Shown here piece after piece: positions 13,298-26,079 of a stretch of DNA of 64,000 nt. The notes below the pieces were generated by a model. That model was given only the letters and a program-made list of their open reading frames with translations, did no database searches and was not told the DNA's origin. The stretch is from assembly GCA_003971905.1 (NCBI GenBank), contig RSEE01000074.1, positions 1-64,000 on the forward strand. The letters run 5' to 3'. Within the stretch, counting starts at the first letter, position 1, and each line of letters opens with the position of its first letter. The position numbers and the translations under genes are program-made. Source of the DNA: Moniliella sp. 'wahieum'. Taxonomy: Eukaryota.

Positions 13298-13747
13298 ATG
13301 GTGACGCGGCAAGCCGTCCTGCTTTATTTGGTTGCGCTCATCTGCCCCCCGGCGGGGGTAGGTTGGGTGCGCGGCGTCTGGACCTGGTCTACCTTGGCCA
13401 GCATTGTGCCCCTTGTGGGCCACGTATGGGCACTCTACGTTGTCTGGCTCTACACGCGGGCGTGCGAGCAATACGGCCCGCACGGGTTTGTCTACCGCCG
13501 GGGCAAGTATGAACCGTTGTTGCCCACAATTGTGCGTTCGCCGCGTCCACCCGTCTCAGCATGGGCAGCCCGCGCTCCAGCCGGCACCCCAGCATCTCCA
13601 CTCGTCTCACCGCGTCGCCTGCGTCGCCTGCATCGTCGACGGCCAACGGCAAGCCCGTCACGACGACATTGGGCAACAACTCGACGGTATGTCTTTGTTC
13701 TGTTCTGTTTTGATCTGTTTGTTGCTCTTGCTGTGCGGATACAGTAA
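13298..13747 (+). CDS. Pmp3/UPF0057-like small membrane proteolipid with extended C-tail (3' end uncertain)
   Basis: LLYLVALICPPAGV...IVPLVGHVWALYVV matches the Pmp3 two-helix pattern (PPxGV ... PGxxxAxY). Confidence 0.65.
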   Translation: MVTRQAVLLYLVALICPPAGVGWVRGVWTWSTLASIVPLVGHVWALYVVWLYTRACEQYGPHGFVYRRGKYEPLLPTIVRSPRPPVSAWAARAPAGTPASPLVSPRRLRRLHRRRPTASPSRRHWATTRRYVFVLFCFDLFVALAVRIQ

Positions 13748-14165
13748 AGCGCATCGCAAGGGCTGCTGTGGCCAGACGGGATGGCTGACTGGAAACGATA
13801 GTATGGCACCATTGCCTGACGACGGGATGGCCATCTGTTCTGTAACCCTGAAGACTCTTCGCACGTTTCTCTCTTGGGCCATCACCCCTGCACCGTGGAT
13901 AGCGTGTTGTGCGCGCACCAGGATGGCCCCAATGCACCTTCTTGCTGGTAGGATCCACCACCACTTCTTCTCGCAGAGCATGCGCTTGCCTCGCGCCCGC
14001 CTCTGGAGGCCGGTCGGACGGAGCGTGTCGAATGCTGCGTTCGGGACCGCACGAATGATCAATCTGCGCCACAGGAACCAAGCGGGCGTAGCAGCCGTAG
14101 CTGCCAGACCTATCATAGCTCGCCTGTCCAGCACGCCCCATCCCATTTCTTCTCCGATCTCGATC

Positions 14166-14184
14166 TCACGCGTCACGCGTCACG
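14166..14184. repeat. (TCA CGCG) heptamer array upstream of Tudor-SN
   Basis: tcacgcgtcacgcgtcacg. Confidence 0.9.
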
Positions 14185-14431
14185 TCGCCCCACTTGCCGC
14201 TGCTGCGCAGCGCCCACGTGGCCCGCGGAATGGCGCGGAACCCGCGTCGTGTGGTGTCGCTGGGGCATGGGGCCAGTGTAGGTGGAGCAGGTGCGATGGA
14301 TGGATCCACGGTTGGATGATCCATCCAGCGCCAGATGCAGCCCGCCCCCCCCACAACCACTCTCCCCTCCTTCCCCCCCCCCCCGCCTCCATCCTCCCCC
14401 CCTTCTCACCACCACCGCCAGATCTTCCACC

Positions 14432-17305
14432 ATGGTTGCCCTCCTTCCCGGGACGGTGCGCAGCGTCCCCAGCGGCGACACGCTCCTTGTCCTTCCTGCC
14501 GGCGCGGCGCCCGACACTCCGCCCGTTATGCTCCACGTCGCCGGCATCCAAGCCCCGCGTCTCGGTTCGCGTGATCGCCCCGACGAGCCTGGCGCGTATG
14601 CTGCCGCGAGGCCCTCCGTGTCCTTGCGGTGGGCAAGCCTGTCCGCTGGCGCCCGCCTACACTGTCCCCTCTGCCGGCCCCGACAGTTCGGGCCCGGGAG
14701 TATGCGCATGTGTTTCTGCCGCCGGTTGCGGCTGGACCCGGACCGCAACGTGGCTGTTGAGTTGATTACGCAGGGAGCTGCCCGGGTTCACGAAGGTCGC
14801 ACGCCCGCCACTTCCGCGGAAGATGCATGGCGCGAGCCGCTGCGCAATGCTCAGAGCCAGGCCCAGCAGGCTGCTCGCGGACTCTGGGCGCCCATCCCCC
14901 CCCGCGTCCCAATGTGCAGCGCGACATGCCGGCGCCGACGCTGCCTTTCTTTACTGCTCACAAGGACGAGTTGATCGATGCGGTGGTTGAGCAGGTCAAG
15001 GACGGGTCAATGCTGCGTGTGCGGCTGCTGCTCTCGCCGCAGGAACACCAGATGCTCAACCTGGGACTTGCTGGTGCGCGTGCGCCACGCTAAACTCGCT
15101 TCACCCGGACGATGCGACGAACGAGGCTTTGGGAAAAGAGGCCGCGCGCTTTGTCGAGGACAAGCTTCTCCAGCGGACCGTCAAAGTTCGTCTTCTTTCG
15201 CTCCCGCCCAGCGCATCCGCTGCACCTGCGATGAGCACCCTCTTGGCTGGGAATGGAAAGACGCCGGCGGAGGAACCTCCGCAAGCGGCGTCACACCTTA
15301 TCGGAACGGTTCTTCACCCTGCCGGCGACATTGCTCAGTTCTCCTTGCCGCTGGCTTGGCCAAGGTCATCGACTGGCATGCCGGTGTCGTTAATGCGGGC
15401 TTCCCAGGCAAGATGGAGCAGTACCGTGCCGCCGAACGGATGGCCAAAGAGCACCGCCGTGGTCTTTGGGCCAACCTGACCACTCCCTCCTCTCGTGCGG
15501 CACCCACCAACACTTCGTCCGGGGCCGGGATCAAGATCAATGGCCGGGTGCTGAGCAAAGGAAGTGTATTGGAAGGAACCGTCGTTCGTGTTGTTTCTCC
15601 CGATTCGCTTTGATTGCGCCCAATGATGGGGGCGCCGAGCAGCGCATCTTTTTTGCTTCGCTTCGTGCACCGCAAGCTAAAGATGAGCAGCTGGCAGGGT
15701 ACGCCGCGGAGGCGCGGGAGTGGTTGCGTTCCAAGACGATTGGCAAGCCTGTGCGGGTCGTTGGACTACATCAAACCGCGAGATGGCGAGTATGGGGAGA
15801 AAGTATGCGGTACTGTGTTTAGCTTGAACAAGAAGAAAGGTTCGGCGGCCTCGCTGGGGGAACAGTTGGTGGCGCAGGGGTTGCTGCTAATCCACCGGCA
15901 CCGCAAGGACGACGAGGATGTGGCGGCGGGTTACACGGATCTGGTTACGGCCGAGGCCACCGCGCTCGCCGCGCATAAGGGCCTCCACTCTGGCCAGGCC
16001 AAGCTCCAGTCCCGTGTGGCCGAAGCCAGTGAGACTGCCGCGCGGGCCAACACCTTCCTCAGCGGCTTCAAGCGGGCTGGTAAGCTGGAAGGTGTGGTGG
16101 AGCACGTGGCTAGCCCAGCCCGGGTGCGGGTGTACGTCCCTCGCGAAAATGCGCGTTTGACACTCGTTTTGGCTGGTGTCCGTGCGCCTCGCACCGCGCG
16201 CCAGGGCTCTGGTGAGCGGGACCCCCCGGCGCAGCGGAGGCATTGCATTATGCTCAACTTCATCTCTCCCAGCGGGATGTTACATTTGAGTCCATGCTAC
16301 CGATCGGACTGGTGCGTTTATTGGTGTTCTTTACCTGTCGCACAATGACAACTATGCCCTTGACCTTGTCCGGCAAGGGTTCGCCGAAGTGCTTCCACGG
16401 CAGACAGTTTGGACTTTGTCAATGAGCTGTATGCTGCTGAAGAGGAGGCTAAGGCTGAGGGAAAGGGGATCTGGAAGAGGAGGCGCAAGCAGCGGCGGCC
16501 GCCGCTGCCGCCCCGGCCCCACCAAGCCGCAGGCCGAGTACGCCGAGGTACGCGTTACCAACATTCGAGGCGATGGGGGAGAAGACGAACGATTTGGCTT
16601 CAGCGTCCAGCTCTGTCAGCCGCCTCGGAACTGGAACAGCTGGTTGCCGAGTTGTCCCTCGCTTCGACCCAGGCTGCCCCGCTGGTAGCCACCAAGCCGC
16701 GGCCAGGGGATTGGGTGGCGGCGCAGCAGGGAGGCGAATGGGTGCGGGCAGTGGTGCAGAAGCCGAGCCCGGGGCAAAAGGGGGTGAAGGTTCACTTGGC
16801 TGATTCGGGTACGGTGACCGAGGTTCCCCTTTCGGCCATCCGTGCTTTGGACTCGCGCTTTGGCCGAACCCGTCTTCCAGCCCGGCATCCGGCGCGCTTG
16901 GCCTTTGCCCAGCTGTGGGACACGCCTGGGAGGATGCGGCGGGGATGCGATTTGGGCGTTCCGCCAGGCAGTCGAGGACCGCAAGTTGCTCGCGCGCATT
17001 GTCCATCGCGAAGGCGGCCCTGCGAAGAAGGCGTGGGGAGGCAAGGCGGCGGCAGGGCCAGCTTCGTGCGGGGCTTTTGCATGTGGTTCTCATGATCCCA
17101 CGACGAGCGCATCCTCGACCCTGCTCAGAGCATCAACCGCGACTGGTTGCGGCCGGGTGGGCTGTGCCGGAAGGGCGCGCGGGGCTACGCATCGGACCCG
17201 ACCCACTCCCTGACGGCCACTGCGATCGCCGACGCTGCGCGTGACGCGCGCCGGCAGCGTGCGGGGATCTTCCTCTACGGAGACCCGACCGCCGACGAGG
17301 AGTAA
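14432..17305 (+). CDS. SND1: Tudor staphylococcal nuclease (Tudor-SN); frameshifted
   Basis: GTVRSVPSGDTL..VAGIQAPRLG..DEP; AVVEQVKDGSMLRV..LAGARAP; GLAKVIDW; FFASLRAP..AREWLRSKTIGK; LEGVVEHVAS..LTLVLAGVRAP; Tudor-like PRPGDWVAAQ..WVRAVV; ends GIFLYGDPTADEE*. Confidence 0.93.
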
Positions 17306-18416
17306 CGCCAAAAGAACCGTCTATCGTGAATCGTTCCATGGGGGCGAACCTTCGGCCCAAGCTCCGCCGCGCCAACTGAGCAAAACATCCAAGAACCGCA
17401 TGAACGCTGTGCCAAACAAAAGCATGATCTTTTTGCATGAGATACGATGGGTCATCAAGCTCGGTTGAGATATTCGTTGGACCCGATGAGGTCATTCTGT
17501 AGCGTTTAGGATGTCTGGTTCGTTTTTCCCCAGCAAGCGCAAGGGCTGTGCGGGGGGGGGGGGGGGGACAATGGAAGGATGGAAGGAAGCAGTCTTGAGA
17601 TGAGAACTATGCGATGTCGCTGCATGGGCTGCTTGCGATATCGAGAGGCCCAGTTTGGGCGACAGCATGCATGCATCAATTCTCAGGACATGTGACAGCG
17701 CATCACCGCACCAGCACAGTTGGCAACAGTGGGCTGAAGACCCTGCGATGGACTGCGTTGCACGCCAAGCGGCGGTTGCCCGGCCTCCCTTGCGCGCCGT
17801 AGCATCAGGCCCAAGGGGCCCAGAGCTACACAGGAAGGACGCGCTTGCATCTGCAACGCTGCAAACGATGTAGTCGCAAGCTACGAACAGCCGCACATCA
17901 GCCTGATGGCTCAGCCGGTGGAGGGGAGGCGTGTGAAGCGGGCAGGCTTGCAGGGTCACTAGTCACTCACGCATGTGAGTGCGTGTGTGAAGTCAGCATT
18001 TTCTGGCTTTTTCTTGACGTGCTTGGCGGGGCCGTCGCGGGGACGAGCATGCAGCTGGGCGTGTGTGTTGTGTAGCCTTAACCGCACGACCCTTGCTCCT
18101 CCCCAATCCAGCAGGTGGGAGCGGCGCTGGGCTGGATGCTGGCCCCGCCGCTTGCAATTTGAAACGAGCCTGACCGATGATCGCCCGCCCGAGGCAGCAC
18201 GACACCGCAGGAGCGCGCAAGCGAGCCACTCGCTTCGTTTCACATTTGGGCTGCACTGGCCCCGTGCCGGCAGCCCCCGCCCATTAGAAAGTTGCACTTG
18301 TCTCGCACAAGCGGGAGGTTGAAGCAGCATTCCACGCCCCGAGGAAAGACTGGACCAGGCACAGGTTGACACTGCATTCTACTCGCAGCAGCACGACCTC
18401 CCATCCCTTGCGCCAT

Positions 18417-18583
18417 TCATCATCCATCTGTCCATCCATCCATCATCCATCCATCGCCATCTGCCCATCCATCCGTCCATCCATCCATCCATCTATCCAT
18501 TCATCCATCCGTCCACTTCCATCCATCCTTCCATCCATCCTTCATCCATCCTTCCATCCATCCTTCCATCCATCCTTCCATCC
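18417..18583. repeat. (TCCA)n / (TCCATCCATCCT-like)n microsatellite upstream of chitinase
   Basis: Long imperfect catc/tcca run. Confidence 0.9.
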
Positions 18584-18635
18584 TCTTCCCCTCCCACTCG
18601 CCCCCCCTCCCCCCGCCGCACGCGCTTTCCCTGCC

Positions 18636-20132
18636 ATGCGCCTCCCTCTCCGGTCGTCGTCCTCGCCTCCCTTGCCCTCGGCAGCGCAGCTGCCCACGCC
18701 GGCAGCTCCTACCACCACCATGCCCACGACCCCAGCCACGCCGACCACGACCGCCGCATCCTCCTATCTGGTGGCCAGGTGGGTGCCGAGATGAGTATCA
18801 TGCTCCAATTGGCGCACGCGGCGATGCCAATGCCTCCGCCTCTACCCATCATGCCCACCAGTTGGCGCAAACCTCCAGCTGCGGAGGGCGAGTGACGCCC
18901 AAGAACGGAACTTCATTGTTACCGGCTACTGGCCTGATGTATGTCCCTCATCGCTGCCCCTACTTGTGTGACTAACCTCATCTTGCCTTGAAAGTGGGTT
19001 GGAGCGAGTTGAACCCAAGGACATCCCTGGGACAAATACGACCTGATCTATTATGCGTTTGGGATCCCCACACAGGGAGGCGACGTTAATCTGGATCTGG
19101 GTCCGACACGCTGCTCCAGCAGCTCGTATCCAATGCCAAGCAAAACAATGCCAAGGTCATCCTCTCTGTTGGGGGGTGGAGTGACAGCAAGTATTTCTCC
19201 TCGCTCGTTGGCTCTGCCTCATCGCGGAGCAAGTTTGCCGCTACACTCAAAAACTACTACACCAATACTCACTGGTGGCATTGACATTGATTGGGAGTCC
19301 CCAACGACTCGGGTGCCGGATCCAACCAGAAAAGTAGCTCGGACCGGCCAACTTTGCCACTTTCCTCACTTTGCTCCGCAGTGAGATGCCCAACGCTATC
19401 CTCTCCACCGCCACGACCCAATCAACGTGGAACGGACCGAACGGGGATCCGGTAAAGGATGTGTCCAAGGCCGCCGCCGCTCTCGACTTTGTCTTTGTCA
19501 TGAACTACGACGTCTGGGGCTCGGGCTCCAAGCCTGGGCCCAACGCACCCCTGGCCGACATTTGCGGTGACTCGTCCCAACCCGAAGCGTCCGCTGCAGC
19601 GTCGGTGGCCGCATGGACCGCCGCAGGAATGCCAAGGGAGAAGATCATCATGGGTATGCCCATGTACGGCTATGTCTCCAAATCGTCCGCCACCAAGTTG
19701 CAAGAACGTGCCTCGCTGGATGAAGGAAAAGGTGCTCACCATTCCCACCGTCGTCCGACGCAAGCCGAGATTCAAGAGCAGCAAAGTTTGCTTCACCCCG
19801 GCCAGGGCTCTTCTTTCAAACAATCTACCCTTTCTTCGGGGCAGAACACTTAACGTCATGGTCACCCAGGGCTACCTGATCAAGGACTCGACGGGCAACT
19901 TTAAAGCTCAATCCGGCTGGACGCTCCAGCGGGATGCTTGTTCCGACACTCCCTATATGTACAACCACCAGCAAGTGATCACCTACGACGATCCCTTGTC
20001 GATTTACGAAAAGAGTGTATTTTCTGCCCTGGCCGGCATTGCCGGCGTTGGTTTCTGGTCCATCGAGGGCGACACCAAAACCAAGATTTGGTCAATGCGG
20101 CTATCCGAGGACTGGCACTGCAACCCTTTTAA
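18636..20132 (+). CDS. GH18 chitinase; frameshifted
   Basis: TGYWPD|W across intron 18939-18994 (GTATGT..ACTAAC..AAG); [70 protein letters not shown]. Confidence 0.93.
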
Positions 20133-21283
20133 CCTCAACCCCTTTTCCCAAGTCCCTATATCGCCACAGACCTTATTATCGTACCACTCGTCCTTCTCTT
20201 CTTTCTTTGCATTTTCGGTCGCTCGGAAGAACAACTTCCTCTCCCTGTACCGTCGTGTTCTTCTCAGCGACCCTCTTTCCCCCACTTTCAGTTGGACACC
20301 TATTTTTGCTGTCTCTCGCACCGCCTCTACGCACACCTTGTACAAGCTAATGTGGGTTTTTGGTTTAGCACGTGGTTTCCGTGTCTGCTGGATTGCTGGC
20401 TAAAGCAGGCAGTCTCTCACTCTCTTTGAGAGGCTTCCAGTATTTCCTAGATGGTAGCCATTGGGAACCCGTGTTCTCCAGTAAAAGGAATCGCATATTG
20501 GTTGCAGTACACCATGTCGTGACTGTCAGCTTAATACAGCCAATAATCGTAGCACCGTTACGTCCACTTCAAGTACATAACCAGCACGATAAACTTGGCC
20601 AGGGCGTTGGGGGAGGGTTGAATTCCATCCAACCCGACCCCCTGTGCCCGGCCTATTTGGACTTCCCGCCATCTGATTCTTGCAGGACAAGAAAGCACCT
20701 TCTTCCTATAATGTACCGACAGTAATATGGTATCGAGACTAAAGGCTACGCAGGAGGCTGACAATGGTGTGTGTGCGAGTAAGTGTGGCACATATTCACG
20801 TGTTATGTGCATTGGCCTGCATCTAGTGATTCTCCCCCACCGCGGCCGTTTTTTTCCCTGCTCACGACATCTCCTATTAGTTTAAGGATCAGCTCCACTG
20901 AAGTCTGTATGCTAAGTTCCTCCCTGGAACACCATCACACTAGCAACTGGATCGCTCTCTCGTCTCCACAGTGAACCCCCCGGCAAAAGGTTGCGATTAC
21001 ATCATACTATAGAGAGCACATATATAGTTAGTCCTTCTTCTCTTCAATTCTCTTCTCTTCTCTTTTCTCTTTTCATCTGTCTATACCAGAGAGCCGCATT
21101 TTGTACTCCTGTGTTTCTTGTAAAAGTGTAAACCGCCAGTATACACAGCCGTGACTCTATAGTCGGGAATGGACGAGGGATCCTGAACGACATTTTTGGA
21201 AGATGTAATGTTGCTTGGTACGTCTCTACGACAATATAATGAAGATCAAAAATACATGTATGCACTAATGTTGGAAAAAAAAT

Positions 21284-21367
21284 CGCCCCACGTGGGACTC
21301 GAACCCACAACCGTGAGATGAACCTCTTCGAATAAGAGTCTCAAATTCTACCGATTGAAAGCTAGGC
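21284..21367 (-). tRNA. Degenerate tRNA-Lys(CTT) with 13-nt intron (possible pseudogene)
   Basis: GCCTAGC TTTC AATCGGTAGAAT T TGAGA CT CTT A [TTCGAAGAGGTTC] A TCTCA CGGTT GTGGG TTCGAGT CCCAC GTGGGGC G, then a T-run. About 2 nt are missing at positions 9-10 and the acceptor stem has a mismatch. Confidence 0.75.
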
Positions 21368-21665
21368 TTGATACAAACTAACGGCCATACGCATCACCAA
21401 CGGTACACAGGAAGTTTTCTTGATGGACTGAAAAGCTTCAGACTTTGCCTTCACCAGCTTCTGTGTCGGTGACAATCGATGCCGCGCATCAGATCTCAGC
21501 GACTACTCCTTAAACACTGCCATACAAAGAAACAAACCCTACAGACGAGGCTTTGCCTCGACGTGCCAGCAGCCGCGCCGGTTCATTGGGACTGAGACGA
21601 AGACATCGGCGGGGGGAGCTGTGGGGAATTATATAGGCCACTCTCTCTTCGCCCTCTATAGGACA

Positions 21666-22420
21666 ATGGCAGCGATAGCCCCACGTGCTGCATATCGCTG
21701 ATGCAATATCAGCCCAGCTGTTGGCAACTCCTCTTGGAGCGTTTCAAATTGGCCTGTATATGAGGCTGCCAGTGGTGGCCCGTGTACCGGGGGCTAGTAG
21801 TAAACACCCTACGTTGTCAACCTCAACGCGGCCAAGCAGGCGCTCGCCTCGGCGGTGGCGGCCAACGATGTCAAGAAGCAGGTTGAAATCCGGTCGGCGA
21901 CCATCTGTTAAATGGTAGCGTGTCGCATCAACCACTCTCTGTTTTGGAAGAACCTTCTACTAAGCACCGCCGAAGGCAAAAGTGGGGGCCCGCGCTGCCC
22001 GACGGTCCGCTCAAGCAACAGATTGAGAAGGACTTTGGCTCTGTTGACCCGTTCAAGGGCCCAATTTAACACGCTTACTGTTGCTGTCCAGGGCTCAGAC
22101 TGGGGATGCCTGTGGGGTGGAATCCGCCGGCGGGCAACCTGGAATGTACGTTGCCTAAATTTGAACCCAGCCGAAGGACTGAGGGATGTTGAACTAACTA
22201 CAAAAGAACCAATCCGCATTTGGCGGTGGGCGGTGGTGGTGACCGCCAAGGACTAAGACTCACTCATTTGGCACATCCCCATCATGGTTTAGTGGATGTG
22301 TGTTGGGAGCATGAGTACTACCTGCAGTACAAGAACCTCGTCCGTACCTAGAGGCCATCTAGAGTGACGTCAACCCGAAAGAAGCTGGGCACCTCTTTGC
22401 CGAGAGGCTTCCAAAGTCCT
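21666..22420 (+). pseudogene. Mn/Fe superoxide dismutase (SOD2-like) pseudogene
   Basis: ISAQLL, KH..YVVNLN, INHSLFWKNL, AVQGSDWGCL (canonical GSGWGWL), WEHEYYLQYKN (canonical WEHAYY). In-frame stops TAA (~22254) and TAG (~22360). Intron remnant with GTACGT at 22146 and ACTAAC at 22193. Confidence 0.85.
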
Positions 22421-25400
22421 AGCGTAGCTGTAACGGTTGCGGGTCCCCAACGAGCTCAGCGGAGGGAAGTTGGCGGTACACGATGATGTGAGTAGACTTT
22501 GTTCAACTCCAATGGACCCTCTCCCTCTGTGTGTCCACGGAACCCCGTGAGGAGTGTTTCATAGTAGGGTGGACTGTCATATACGCAGAATGCGTGGGCA
22601 CCGTTGGCATTACATGCTGCGTGCAAAGCAGTGTGCACTGCTTTCCTTTTGTTCGGCTTGTCCCCCGCTGCTGCACATAATGACCCCAGTAAATGAGATA
22701 GTCTTCCAACTAGTTGTAGAAACCATCAGCACCGTGGCCGGTTCGACTCCATCACAACGAAATGAGGCGCCCGGACGAGGAAACGGACGTCCAGATCCGG
22801 CAGCTCAACTTAGGGCACACTTGACTCAATACCAAAGACCAAATATTTGAAGGAGAACAAAATCAGTATTAGGGACTCAAAGTCGCGCACGGATCTCTCA
22901 GCGTACGAAAGGGACTCGATCTTGGTGGCCCATATCGAAGGAAGCATGATCCTTTTAGGCGCAACGGAGTCTATGGGTTGTTTTTCAGGCGAACCAGCCC
23001 ACAGTGACCCGTAACTTTATCCACCCCCTCACAAGGCGTGTCCTCACGCCGAATGAGAGAACATTTTAACATCCCTCCGAAGGAGAAGGGCTTCAAGAAC
23101 AAGTTGAAGAAGCGACCATCAGTCGAATGTGCACCTCCTGAGGGTACGCTACCCCTACTGAGACGAAGGAGCACACCCGGTTGCGAGCTTGGCCCCAATG
23201 CTTCTCACCATGGTGGATGTGGAAGGCGACCTCGGCCAGTGACTCATCACCCAAATCTTTGGCTGGGATCTACTAATCGTTCTCCGACTCAGGAACAAAG
23301 GAGACGAAGAGATATTGTGGAACTGGTGCCGATAGTAGCGGATGTACAAAATCTTGTCCACCAACCAATGCTCTTCTCACCGTTCAGCAGTAGTCGGTGG
23401 AGGTAAAGGATCATGCCGCGGAGCCACCTCGTCAAAACGGTAAGGCTCAAGACCAGACACATTCAATACCATATGAATCTTGATCGAAGCCGGCAGGTCA
23501 AGAAAAGAAAGGCACCTTCATGCACTTTTGCCTTATAACATCGAATTGAACCAAATGTCTTCACTTCAAAGGTCCACTGGGACATGTGAGGGGATTCTTT
23601 CTTGGTCAACCGTCAAAATCGAATCCCCACCTCCAGCTGAGGAGCTTCGTTACGCAGACGACCTCTCCAGATCGCTTTGCCCGCAAGCAAAAACATGCTC
23701 AAGAGCCTCCTTGGCTGGGATTGCAGCAGTGTCGCGAGCAATCTCATGCCCTTGACCCAACGCCATCTCTCCACCACAGTGTCACCAGGTTTGTGAGTGG
23801 GTGGAACCCATGCATGATGTATAACGGCGACGGGTCCGTCGATACCGAGTGATCAGTACTGTTAGAGCGAAAGCCGTGGCATCCAGATACTCGACCCAAA
23901 CGGACTGCGCACATGGCTGACAAAGTGAAGATGGGTCTGAACCAATTAAGTCGAAAAACCGCTCTGATTATCCATCCAACTGAGGATGCTGGGCAGTGAC
24001 TAAAATTTGACGAATGCGGTCACGGGGGGGGTCTCGAGACGGAGCCCGACCCCAGAATTTAGGGGTGAAGCCCTTGGGCGTGGAATCAGAGTTACATACT
24101 TCGGTAGCCCTGCTTCAGATTCTGGTTGAACGATGAGCGGGTGTAGAAGCAAGGGAGAGACCCTCTATAGTTTGGGCGGCTGCCTGCATGCAAAGGCCGG
24201 CTCAGACACTCCGAGGTAGGAGCCGCGTAGGTAATCGTCAGATCAGTTGAAAAGGGATCCATGAGCTCCGAGATAACGCGGTTTCCCGGTGGAGTTACCA
24301 CACGCGGCGCGCTGTGTAGTAGGCGGAATCAGACGAAGTCCTGGTAAAGAGCCCGCGCGATACTTACTGATAGTAACTGCGGCTTGAAGAGTGTGGTCCA
24401 TGTAAGTCGTAAATTCGTAAGCGTATATGGGTGAAGGATTTACAAGGGTGAAGAGTGGAGAGGAAAGTCGGAGGGGAAACAAGGGTTGGGCTGTGAGGAT
24501 CACCGCCCATTGGTCTACAGAATGTATAGGGGAATCGAACCAAGTGTGGAGAAGTGTGCTGGACCAACCACGAAATGCATGAAGAGAGAAACGAGGCAAG
24601 GGTCAAGGGTCAAGGGCAAAAATGACCCGAGACGAGAACCGAGGTGAGAGACCGAGTCGAATCCATATATCAAGTTTTGGAGTTTAGACGCGCGAAGAGA
24701 CACGGAGAAGAGACATTGTTTTATGGGTTTTATAGATAGGCTGAGAAACTCAACATGAGTCATGCGGCTATAGCGAAAGAGAACATGAACATTGATACGG
24801 AAAGAAGCCGAGAAGCGATAGAGACGATAAGGGTGTGGAGGTGGCTGTACAAGGCGACTTAGTCGTCCCCCCGTGACACTATAATACGCTTTGCGGCATC
24901 TCCATTGCGGTCTCGACAATAGCCGAGTGGATCAGGGCGTCTCTACAGTCCGACAAGACGGAGGCCATGCCGTCGCGCCGCCCCATCCCACCCTTGTTGT
25001 ATCCCACATACTCTCTGCGCTTGCTGCACTGGATACAGGGCAAGCCACGTTCCTACTGTGCGTTGTCTTCACCGACTCTAACGCGCTAAAGGTGTGCCAC
25101 GACAGAGCATGGTCTTTTGACTAGCACGTTGCTCGAATCCTTACCGTCACGAAGCACAAACCGGGCCAGTTATTCTGAGAGTGCACTCGGCTCTCCAATA
25201 CAATCGTCATCAAACAACTAGAGAGATTCTGAAGAAATTTAGATTTGGCGACAAGGAACTGCATGATTAAGGGGACACGTTTGAGTAACGGTGCACCAAT
25301 AACTACATCAAGTTTAGCAAACTGCGGTGTCAGGAGTGGTCTTGGTCTATCTCACCGTTGCTCGGCCCTGCATCTTGCCCGCCATTGCCTCGGCCTCAGC

Positions 25401-25971
25401 CCCAGAGGCAAGGTTCATGTTGGCTGTTATAGTTTGGCTGGTCTCGCTCACATTTCCAAATTCTTTGTCCCGAGCGTTTCGCTCTTTCCCTGTTCTTCCG
25501 CTTGGCACCATATCCTCTGCCTTGTTCTTTCTTCCCCCACGAAGTTCGTGATCGCTACATTCATTGACCTAGTCTCGACTCTGGTCTCCCTCGCCGCAGC
25601 TCCGACCATGACAACGGCCTGAGCCCCAAATCGCAGGATTCAGCCTGCGGAAGAGAAGTCTTATCTATCGCCTGATGGTATATGGAATCACAACGGACTC
25701 TCTTCCCCTTTTGATTGTATAGAGCACAACATGGGGTGTTGTCCTGTGGAGGCGATCGGCAATTGTGAAGGAGAGGTGCGTTACCACACCGTGTCCTCCT
25801 TGTTCTGATGCACATCTCTCACCTACTAGTATAGTAGCCTATCCATTTGCAATTTCCACGGTGGCCTCTCGCCCGCGGTGTGAAGCGTGCGGGTGATGCA
25901 TGATAGTCTGGGCGGGCGTGTTAAAGTACCAGGGGCCTGGGACCCACGCATGTGATACGCGTCTGATGATC

Positions 25972-26079
25972 TGATGCATCATGCATCATGCATCATGCAT
26001 CATGTGGTTCGATGATCAAATCGATGGAGGGAACCCGTCACGCGTCACTAGTCACTAGTCACTAGTCACTAGTCACTAG
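25972..26079. repeat. Adjacent heptamer arrays: (TGCA TCA)x4, then TCA CGCG (TCA CTAG)x5
   Basis: tgatgcatcatgcatcatgcatcatgcatcatg ... tcacgcgtcactagtcactagtcactagtcactagtcactag. Confidence 0.95.

Noticed and set aside
19273..19303. Catalytically dead chitinase ([11 protein letters not shown] lacks the first Asp)
   Set aside because: DxDxE is intact and the segment is surrounded by indel errors; not reliable.
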